Assembly (NCBI GenBank): GCA_963808895.1
Contig: CAWEHL010000004.1
Coordinates: 392,277 to 456,276, forward strand
Direction of reading: 5' to 3'
DNA: 64,000 bases
Origin: an uncultured Chloroflexia bacterium
Lineage (GTDB): Bacteria > Chloroflexota > Limnocylindria > Limnocylindrales > CSP1-4
Part shown: piece after piece, positions 56,711-64,000 of the stretch
Numbering within the stretch: the stretch's first letter is position 1
Layout: every line of letters begins with the position of its first letter
Program-made: the position numbers and the translations under genes
The notes under the pieces: generated by a model
Databases searched by the model: none
What the model saw: only the letters and a program-made list of their open reading frames with translations
What the model was told of the DNA's origin: nothing

Positions 56711-57672
56711 ACGAGCTTGCGTATCGCGCCGCTGAACGGCGACTGTGGGACGCGGTCGGCGCCCGACCGATCGAACGACGCATCCATCTCGAGCGTATCG
56801 GCGTCGACGTCCGGATCCAGGAGATCGGCCACGGACCGCCGGTCCTGTTCATCCACGGCGTCGCGACGAGCGGCGTGAGCTGGGCTGGGCTGGCGGCGCG
56901 GGCGCGTGGCTTCCGCTGCCTGATCCTCGACCGGCCCGGGACCGGGCTCAGCCAGGCGCTCGATCGCCCGGTCGATCCAACGACCCTGGCCGCGATGGCC
57001 GACGTCCTCGTGGCCGACGTCCTGGACGCCCTGGACATCGCCACCGCGCATATCGTCGCCAGCTCGTTCGGGGGATACATGGCGCTTCGCTCGGCCGCCG
57101 CGACGCCGGCGCGTATCGGCCGGATGGTGCAGTTCAGCTGGCCCGTGGGCGCACCGACGCCGACGCTGCCGCTGTTCCTGCGGGCCATGGGGCTGCCCGG
57201 GTTCCGCCGTCTCGTGGAGGCGATACCGCGCACGGATCGATCGGTGCGCCTGCTGTTCCACCAGCTCGGGCATCGCGACAAGCTGCTCGACGGTCGCATC
57301 AGCCGCGAGGATCTCGCGTGCTACGCGGCACTCATGGCGCATACGGACACGCTCCGCAACGAGTTCGCTCCCGCACGTGCGCTGATCTCACCGTTGCGCG
57401 GCCTGGCTCGCCTGCATCTGCCGGACGACGTCCTGCGGCGGGTCGCCTGCCCGACGCTGTTCATCTGGGGAGGGCGGGATCCGTTCGGTGGTGCGGCTGT
57501 CGGTCGGGCCCTCGTCGAGCGGATCCCGACAGCCACGCTCGACCTGATGGCCGACGCCGGCCACAGCCCGTGGCTCGACGACATGGCTGCGAGCGTCTCG
57601 AAGATGACGGCGTTCCTGGCGGGCGACCGACGTCGCACAGCAGTGCCGGAAACGGCCGCTGCGATCGCGTGA
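56707..57672 (+). CDS. Alpha/beta hydrolase fold protein
   Basis: GPPVLFIHGVATSGVSWAGL..LILDRPGTGLS..IVASSFGGYMALR (nucleophile elbow). ATGA overlap with the PE gene. Confidence 0.8.
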   Translation: MNELAYRAAERRLWDAVGARPIERRIHLERIGVDVRIQEIGHGPPVLFIHGVATSGVSWAGLAARARGFRCLILDRPGTGLSQALDRPVDPTTLAAMADVLVADVLDALDIATAHIVASSFGGYMALRSAAATPARIGRMVQFSWPVGAPTPTLPLFLRAMGLPGFRRLVEAIPRTDRSVRLLFHQLGHRDKLLDGRISREDLACYAALMAHTDTLRNEFAPARALISPLRGLARLHLPDDVLRRVACPTLFIWGGRDPFGGAAVGRALVERIPTATLDLMADAGHSPWLDDMAASVSKMTAFLAGDRRRTAVPETAAAIA

Positions 57673-57722
57673 CGACCGTCTGGCCGCACCTCGTCGTCGC
57701 CATCCGCGGCACACTCTAGGGC

Positions 57723-58701
57723 GTGACCACCAAGCGCTCGTCGATGCCCGAGTTCATCCCGCCGATGCTCGCGACGCTCGTCGGGGCGCCGTTCGATGAC
57801 CCTGACTGGACGTTCGAGATCAAGTGGGACGGCTTCCGCGTCGAGACCGTGATCGACGCCGGGACCGTTCGCCTGTGGACCCGCGGCCAGCAGGACGCGG
57901 CCGGGTATTTCGGTCCATTCCTCGCACCCGCCGACTGGATCGCCGCCGAGCAGGCCATCGTCGATGGTGAGGTGATCGCCCTCGACGATCGGGGCGAGCC
58001 GGACTTCGCCCTGCTCCAGGCGCGCATCAAGGGCAAGGGGAGCGCTGGCGTGCCGACGCCGTTCGTCTACGAGGTCTTCGACCTGATGTGGCTCGACGGC
58101 CGGTCGCTGATCGCCGAACCGCTGGAAGTGCGTCGCCGGTTGCTGAAGGACGTGCTTCGAGCGGATCCGCGGGTGCGGCTCAGCGAGGACATCGCCGCGG
58201 ACGGCATCGCGTTCTTCGAGGCGGCGCGAGTCCGCCAGCTCGAGGGGATCATGGCGAAGGACCGCCGCTCGACCTACGAGCCCGGCAAGCGGACGATGGC
58301 CTGGCAGAAGGTGAAGATCCGGCCGGAGCAGGAGCTCGTCGTCGGAGGGTGGACCAAGGGCACCGGCAAGGCCGTCGAGCTCGGCGCGTTGCTCGTCGGC
58401 GTGTACGAGGACGGCGCCCTCCGCTACGCGGGCAAGGTCGGCGCGGGGTTCAACGATGCGACCCGATCGGAGCTGATCGCCGCCCTGACCCCGCTCGCCT
58501 CCGATCATCAGCCGTTCGCCGAGATCGCCGCCGCGGGCCGTCGCAAAGACCGCGCTCTGGCTACGTCCCGAGCTCGTGATCCGTGCCGAGTTCGCCGGCT
58601 GGACCGGTGACGGTCTCGTCCGCCAGGCGGCATACAAGGGCTTCGACCTGGGCAAAGACCCCAAGAAGGTCCGGCGCGAGGTGGCGCGCGCGGCCGGCTG
58701 A
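57723..58701 (+). CDS. ATP-dependent DNA ligase (LigD ligase domain); one +1 frame break near 58527
   Basis: FIPPMLATL, motif I EIKWDGFR, DGEVIALD, YEVFDLMWLDG, EGIMAKD and WQKVK. After HQPFAEI the sequence continues in the next frame (PPRAVAKTALWLRPELVIRAEFAGWTGDGLVRQAAYKGF) to TGA 58699-58701. Confidence 0.85.
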
Positions 58702-58709
58702 TCAGCGCG

Positions 58710-60086
58710 TCACGGACTCCAGAACGCGAAATCGCCGTCGAGCTGGATCGGATCCGAGCCGTCTGCGTACCGGACGACCACGTGAGTCGTGCCGGCCTCA
58801 TCGACCTCGGGCAGCAGGATCGACGCGCTGTCGGGTGCCCACAGGCGATGGCTGAGCGCGTACTGGTCGAAATACGCGAGCAATGAGCTGACGAACCGCT
58901 CGGCCGGGCGGACGATCGGCTGCGACAGGGTCTGGCCCGAGGCGACGTCGGCAAAGATGAGGCGCACTTCCGTCGCGGCGTCCTGCGATGGAGCCGCGGA
59001 TGACGCGGCGGATGCGATCGATGGCTGGACGCGCAGCGCCGCGATCGTCTTGCCGTCGGGCGACCACCAGAACGCCACGACCAGCCCATCGACGAGCGTC
59101 CTGACGTCGCCAGACGCCGCATCGATGAGCTTCAGCGGGCCCAGCGGGAACCCCGCGACGTCATCCGCGGTCGCCGACGCGATCGAGGCGACGGATCCGC
59201 CCTTCGGATCGAAGGTCAGGGCGGTCTGCCCGTACACGGTCATCGCGTGTTCATTCGAGCCGTCACGGTGCGATACGACGACCTCGCCGGGCCCGCCGAT
59301 CGCCCCGCGCACGAACGCTCTCGACGCGTGATCGGGGCTGACGATCCCGGCTCGGAAGTCGCCCGGTCGCTTCAACGACTCCCCCTTGGCGCTCCCGTCG
59401 GCCCCGATCTCGCCAAGGAAGCTCTCGCTGCCGGTGCCGATGTGGGCGAACAACCGGTCCGCATCCAGCCAGTCGAAGTACAGCGGGTTGCCGGAGCGGA
59501 CGAGTGACCCCTTGCCGCTCCCGTCGACCGGCGCGCTGCCGTCAGCCGGGGCGACGCGCAGCGACAGCTTGTCGCTCTCGTTGGCGAGGAAGGAGACCGA
59601 TCGACCGTCTGGCGTCCAATACACGTAGAAGGGCGCGGCGCTCGGCCGAAGGAAGATCACCGTCGGGTCCGCCGGAGCGGTGGCGGCGTCAGCGACGTCG
59701 AACACCACGACCCCGGTGTTCGTCCCGTCCGAGCGGATGACCGCGATGTGCGAGCCGTCCGGGGACCACGATGGGAAGCCGAACTGGCCCTTGCTCGTGT
59801 CCGCGAGCACGCGTGTCGAGCCGTCGGTCGCGACGATCGAGAGCGACCCATCGGTCTCCTGGACGGCGATCGAGCCCGTCGACGCGATCGGATGACCAGC
59901 CGAGGCCGAGCCCGCAGGCGCGGGGCTGGCGGGTGCGCCGCTCGCCTGACCGCTGGCGGGCGGCGCCGCGCTAGGCGACACGGCAGCGGACGTGATGGGT
60001 GCGGACGGTGAGGGAGTGGGGCTGGCACAGCCGGCCACGAGGATCGCCAGGATCGCGACGGAGGCGACGCCTCGTTTCGACCTCAT
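58710..60086 (-). CDS. Lipoprotein with TolB-like PD40 beta-propeller repeats
   Basis: Lipobox MRSKRGVASVAILAILVAGC. PD40 motifs FPSWSPDGSHIAV, YWTPDGRSVSF and WWSPDGKTIAA. ATG 60086 is in frame with ORF 58710..60905, whose upstream 273 codons look non-coding. Confidence 0.8.
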   Translation of the reverse strand: MRSKRGVASVAILAILVAGCASPTPSPSAPITSAAVSPSAAPPASGQASGAPASPAPAGSASAGHPIASTGSIAVQETDGSLSIVATDGSTRVLADTSKGQFGFPSWSPDGSHIAVIRSDGTNTGVVVFDVADAATAPADPTVIFLRPSAAPFYVYWTPDGRSVSFLANESDKLSLRVAPADGSAPVDGSGKGSLVRSGNPLYFDWLDADRLFAHIGTGSESFLGEIGADGSAKGESLKRPGDFRAGIVSPDHASRAFVRGAIGGPGEVVVSHRDGSNEHAMTVYGQTALTFDPKGGSVASIASATADDVAGFPLGPLKLIDAASGDVRTLVDGLVVAFWWSPDGKTIAALRVQPSIASAASSAAPSQDAATEVRLIFADVASGQTLSQPIVRPAERFVSSLLAYFDQYALSHRLWAPDSASILLPEVDEAGTTHVVVRYADGSDPIQLDGDFAFWSP

Positions 60087-60368
60087 CGGACAACGATACG
60101 CATGCAGCCTTCCAGTCGGATGCCCGCGGCTGAACATGCGCCTGCCCGCGACCGAGGTGTGACCGTGACGGTGAGCCGGTCCACGATGGTGACGAGCGGT
60201 CCTGTCCGGTCCAGACGGGTGACACCGAGGCACCGAATTCGCCACGGTGGTGCGCGGACGCAACCCTGCGGGTAGGAAGAAAGGGCTACTCTTCGGCAGT
60301 ACCCAGAGCAGGGGTTTACCCACCGGACAGCTCGGAACCTCGCGCACGATCAGGGGGACATCCAGGTC

Positions 60369-62354
60369 ATGTCGCTGCTTCAACGCATGGAGCGCGCCCA
60401 GAAGGCGAAGGAGGCTGCTGAGGCAGCCAAGAACGGCAGCGCAGCGCCCGAAGCGTCCGAGGCCGCCGCCCCGACCCCGCCCGAAACCGCCCCCGTGCCA
60501 ACGGCCATCACGCCCGTCCCGATCTCCACGAACGGTAACGGGACGAAGCGCGCCCCCGTGCCTGTCGGGCCGGCGAACGTCGGTCCGGCCATCCCGAGCG
60601 GGATGATGCGGCCGGCTCCGACGCCCGCCCGCGAGGACCTCATCCGCGAGGTCCGCTACCGCCTCCAGACCGAGGTCGTCGGCGCGTTCAAGACGCTGCT
60701 CGACGCCAAGGAGAGCGAGGTCCACGAGCGGATCGAGGGCCTGGTCGACCGGGTGATCGCCCAAGGCGGCTTCGCGGTCACCCGCGACGAGCGCGAGCGC
60801 CTGGTCGAGGAGATGGTCCACGACGTGACCGGGTTTCGGGCCGCTGGAGCCGCTTCTCGCCGACCCGACCATCACCGAGGTCATGGTCAACGGCCCGGAC
60901 CACATCTACATCGAGCGCAAGGGCAAGATCCAGCGCATCGATACGCGTCTTCCTCAACGACCAGCACGTGCTGCGGGTCATCGACCGGATCATCACGCCG
61001 CTCGGTCGGCGGATCGACGAGTCGAGCCCGCGCGTCGACGCGCGACTGCCCGATGGCTCACGCGTGAACGCGGTCATCGAGCCGCTCTCGCTGGTCGGCC
61101 CGGTCATCACGGTCCGCAAGTTCTCCAAGACGCCCTACACCGTCGACGACCTCGTCAAGTTCGGGACGGCGACGCCCGAGATGTTCGACTTCCTGCAAGC
61201 GTGCATCGAGGCGCGGCTCAACGTGTTCGTCTCGGGTGGCACGGGCTCGGGCAAGACGACGACCCTGAACGTGCTGTCGACCTTCATCCCGAACGACGAG
61301 CGGATCGTCACCATCGAGGACGCCGCCGAGCTCCAGCTCCAGCCAGGACCACGTGATCACGCTCGAGTCGCGTCCGCCGAACCTCGAGGGAGAGGGCGAG
61401 ATCACGATCCGGAGCCTGCTGCGTAACGCGATGCACATGCGCCCCGACCGCATCATCGTCGGGGAGTGCCGCGCGGGCGAGGCGCTGGACATGCTCCAGG
61501 CGATGACGACGGGTCACGACGGGTCGCTGTCGACCGGCCACGCGAACAGCCCCAAGGACATGCTCCGGCGGCTCGAGACGATGGTCCTGATGACCGGCTA
61601 CCAGCTGCCGTTGCGCGCCATCCGCGAGCAGATGTCGTCGGCCGTCGACATCATCGTCCACACGGCGCGGCTCAAGGACGGCACCCGCAAGATCGTCAAT
61701 ATCACCGAGATCTACGGTGTCGAGGACGACGAGATCCTCACCCACGACATCTTCCGGTTCGTCCAGACGGGCTACCACGAAGGCAAGATCGAGGGCAGCC
61801 TGCAGCCGACCGGGATCCGCCCCACGTTCATGGGCCAGTTCCAGCGCGCGGGCGTGGACCTGCCGCCAGGCGAGTTCGGCATCCCGCCCGAGGACCCCGA
61901 CAACCCCATCCGTCCACAGAAGAGCCGCTTCGGCGCGCGACTGACCACGCACGCCGAGTTCACGCCCGTGCCGCGCGGCGATGGCAAGGCGATCGTCGCC
62001 GGCGGGATGGTGTACGTCTCGTCGATCGGACCGGTCGACCCGGAGACCGGCGAGGTCATCACCGGCTCGATCAAGGACCAGACGCGCCGCTGCATGACCA
62101 ACCTGACCGAGCGCCTGCAGGCAGCCGGGACGAGCATGGACCGGGTCGTGTGGGCGAACTGGTCGCTCAAGGAACCGTCGGACTTCGACGAGTTCAACGA
62201 AGAGTGGAATCGCTGGTTCCCGGGTGATCCGCCCATCGGCCAGCTCACGCTCATGCCGCCACTCCAGCGACGTGCCGGGTTCGGCGTGTCGCTCGGGGTG
62301 ATCGCCACTGTCGAACCCATCGCCGAAGAGGTCGGCACCGGGTGGGACGCCTGA
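60369..62354 (+). CDS. cpaF: CpaF/TadA-type type II/IV secretion ATPase, continuous in frame with a C-terminal RidA/YjgF-like domain; three +1 frame breaks
   Basis: Pieces: 60369-~60831 (frame 0, ...[10 protein letters not shown]); ~60832-~60945 (frame 1, [37 protein letters not shown]); ~60947-~61342 (frame 2, [28 protein letters not shown]..Walker [28 protein letters not shown]); ~61344-62354 (frame 0, [26 protein letters not shown]-like..[13 protein letters not shown]). Confidence 0.85.
61941..62354 (+). other. RidA/YjgF/L-PSP-like domain at the 3' end of the cpaF reading frame
   Basis: [84 protein letters not shown] follows the RidA family pattern. There is no stop between it and CpaF in this frame. 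Confidence 0.6.
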
Positions 62355-62383
62355 TCGACTGATCGTCGGAAAGGGGGGACACG

Positions 62384-63331
62384 ATGTCGCGCCGCGATGT
62401 GCTTCGCGACGCCGCCCGCACGCTCCTGCTCGGCATGTCCGGGTGGGCCGTCGGTGCGGTCCTCATCGCGAGGTTCGCCACGGGCTCGCTCGTGTCCGAC
62501 CTCGACCTCGTCTACCTGTGTGTCGTGGTGTGGGTCGCGGTGCCCGTCGCGGCCATCGCGGCCGCTCGCCTGCTGCAGAACCGCAATGTGCGACGCCCAG
62601 CCGCCGGGCCACGGACGTCGCTCGTCTGGGGCGTGATCGCCCTGGCGACATGCGCCGCGATCATCGACACGACGCGCGTCATCGCGCAGGGCTGGTCGAC
62701 CATGCAGGTCTGGATCGCGCTCTCCCTCCTCACGCCGTTCGGCGTGGCGGTCGGCACCGTCCCCCAGCTCCTCCGGACCGGGGACGTCCGCCAAGCGTCG
62801 GTCGCGGCATCGAGCCGGGTGCGGTTCGGGCTCCTCGGCGGGGCGCTCGCGGTCTTCGCGACAGCCCTCGTCATCAGCGACGCCCTCCTCGCGAACGCCG
62901 GGGTGGTCGCCTACGCCTGCGACGCGTCGATGCCCGCGGATCTCTGCGCCGCCATCCAGCCGACCCAGCCCGTCCTCGGCGCGTTCGGGTGGGTGATGGT
63001 CAGTGTCTTCGCCGTGGGTGCTCTCGTGGCGTTCGCGTTCGACCTCAGTGCGCTGGCGGCGGGTGCCGTAGGCATGATGTATCTGGCGGGGGCCTTCTGG
63101 GTCCGCTATCCGTGGGGCGGGATCGTCGATGGGTCGCTCACCGTGGGGTCGCCGGCCGTCCTGCTCGCAGTACACGCCATCGCGGGGCTAGCGTTGATCG
63201 TGGCGGTCGCTCTGATCCAGGTCTTCCGCGAGCCCGGCGGCTCGGAGACCGAGCGCGCGCTCACGGCGTGGTTGCGGGCCGAGTCGTTCCTCCCCGAGCA
63301 GCGGCCCGCCGATGGAAAGGCCGCGAGCTAG
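62384..63331 (+). CDS. Polytopic membrane protein, unknown function
   Basis: 315 aa with about 8 hydrophobic segments. It bears no resemblance to the TadB/TadC (GspF) platform proteins I know. Confidence 0.55.
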   Translation: MSRRDVLRDAARTLLLGMSGWAVGAVLIARFATGSLVSDLDLVYLCVVVWVAVPVAAIAAARLLQNRNVRRPAAGPRTSLVWGVIALATCAAIIDTTRVIAQGWSTMQVWIALSLLTPFGVAVGTVPQLLRTGDVRQASVAASSRVRFGLLGGALAVFATALVISDALLANAGVVAYACDASMPADLCAAIQPTQPVLGAFGWVMVSVFAVGALVAFAFDLSALAAGAVGMMYLAGAFWVRYPWGGIVDGSLTVGSPAVLLAVHAIAGLALIVAVALIQVFREPGGSETERALTAWLRAESFLPEQRPADGKAAS

Positions 63332-63954
63332 CCGTTCCCATCCTGGCCGTCGCCGACGAGCGGCACCGGCACGACGTGCTCGGCGAGGAACCAGACCTGC
63401 AGCTCGTGGCGCCGTAGGACATCGCCCATCAGCAGGTCGTTGGAGCCCCAGTCCTCGAGCTCCTCGGTCGTCGTGATCGCCGCACGCACCTTCTCGATGA
63501 TGGTTTCGTGCGCCTGGAGCGTGCGGTCGATCATGACCGCGACTTCCTCGGCGCCATCCGGCGGGCGCGGGATCGTCGTCAGCTCAGCGGCGTGACGGGG
63601 ATCACCCACCGCGATGCCGCCCAAACTCTGGACGCGCTCGGCGATGAGGTCGACCAGCTCGAGCTGCTCCTCGGCGTGCTTGTCGAACAGCAGGTGGAGC
63701 TGGTAGAAGGTCGGGCCCGCCAGCAGCCAGTGATGCTTCTTGTACAGCGCGTACAGGATCATCGTGTCGGCGAGGATCTCGTTCAGCGCCTCGCAGCTCT
63801 TGGCGCGCTTGTCGTCCGCGAGCGCGATCGGCAGCCGACGAAGCGTGCCGAACGATTGAAGCTCGGGACCACGTTCGTCGAGACGGGGATCGGGCGAGCG
63901 GCGCCCGCTGCCGTTGCGATGCTGCGTGCGAGGTCGCGTCGTAGTCGTCGCCAT
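63328..63954 (-). CDS. dps: Dps family DNA-protection/ferritin-like protein
   Basis: LNEILADTMILYALYKKHHWLLAGPTFYQLHLLFDKHAEEQLELVDLIAERVQSLGG...HELQVWFLAEH is the Dps ferroxidase-site pattern. A GGAGG SD (63962-63966, minus sense) precedes ATG 63954. Confidence 0.88.
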   Translation of the reverse strand: MATTTTRPRTQHRNGSGRRSPDPRLDERGPELQSFGTLRRLPIALADDKRAKSCEALNEILADTMILYALYKKHHWLLAGPTFYQLHLLFDKHAEEQLELVDLIAERVQSLGGIAVGDPRHAAELTTIPRPPDGAEEVAVMIDRTLQAHETIIEKVRAAITTTEELEDWGSNDLLMGDVLRRHELQVWFLAEHVVPVPLVGDGQDGNG

Positions 63955-64000
63955 AGGGGAGCCTCCGGGTGGGACGGTCGTGTGCCGTCCCCCAGGGTGC

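Noticed and set aside
60250-60347. A c-di-GMP (GEMM-type) riboswitch upstream of cpaF.
   Set aside because: Only a short GGACGCAA-like string and a GGGGTTTACC string resemble what I recall of GEMM-I. The two-hairpin architecture with tetraloop and receptor could not be reproduced by eye. It is kept only as an unclassified structured leader.
60087-60905. The 273-codon N-terminal extension of ORF 58710..60905, which would overlap the cpaF 5' end.
   Set aside because: The extension is low-complexity, Arg/Gly-rich and antisense to cpaF coding sequence. A classical lipoprotein signal (MRSKRGVASVAILAILVAGC) begins at the internal ATG 60086.
8706-61345. Programmed +1 ribosomal frameshifting or transcriptional slippage as the explanation for the frame breaks.
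   Set aside because: The break sites share no slippery motif or downstream stimulatory structure. They occur in a dozen unrelated genes on both strands, several times per gene. Some sit at non-repetitive sequence where removing one base restores a conserved motif.

Overview
This is a very GC-rich bacterial chromosomal segment; third codon positions are almost all G/C, and the gene content looks Actinobacteria- or Chloroflexi-like. I recognised no rRNA, tRNA, CRISPR array, IS element or prophage.

The first ~23 kb is a conserved RNA-metabolism and translation neighbourhood: nusA-ylxR-infB-rbfA-nrnA-truB-ribF, then rpsO-pnp, followed by asd, a family-4 UDG, RNase J, ftsK, a rodZ-like gene, cinA, murC and yajQ.

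The remaining ~40 kb is accessory or metabolic. It holds:
- a TPP enzyme, pirin, an MFS transporter and a rhodanese
- two tandem class III nucleotide cyclases
- an ArsR-headed cluster of small detoxification-type enzymes, including an AAC(2')-like acetyltransferase, an amidase and a P450
- a prolyl aminopeptidase
- a cNMP-binding protein next to a pair of P-loop GTPases
- a split LigD (separate phosphoesterase and ligase genes)
- a TolB-like lipoprotein, an orphan CpaF-type ATPase and dps

Two observations dominate:
1. pnp encodes a PNPase with a complete DEDDh (DnaQ/Orn-like) 3'-5' exonuclease domain inserted into its all-alpha linker. I do not know of a described PNPase with this architecture.
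2. At least 12 otherwise well-conserved genes on both strands are interrupted by about 24 frame shifts. All are +1 in the direction of translation, so they behave as single extra bases, and they are strongly clustered. This looks like uncorrected insertion-type sequencing error rather than gene decay, but it must be resolved before any fusion or pseudogene claim is trusted.

All calls rest on motif recognition by eye in the supplied translations and sequence. No database search was possible.
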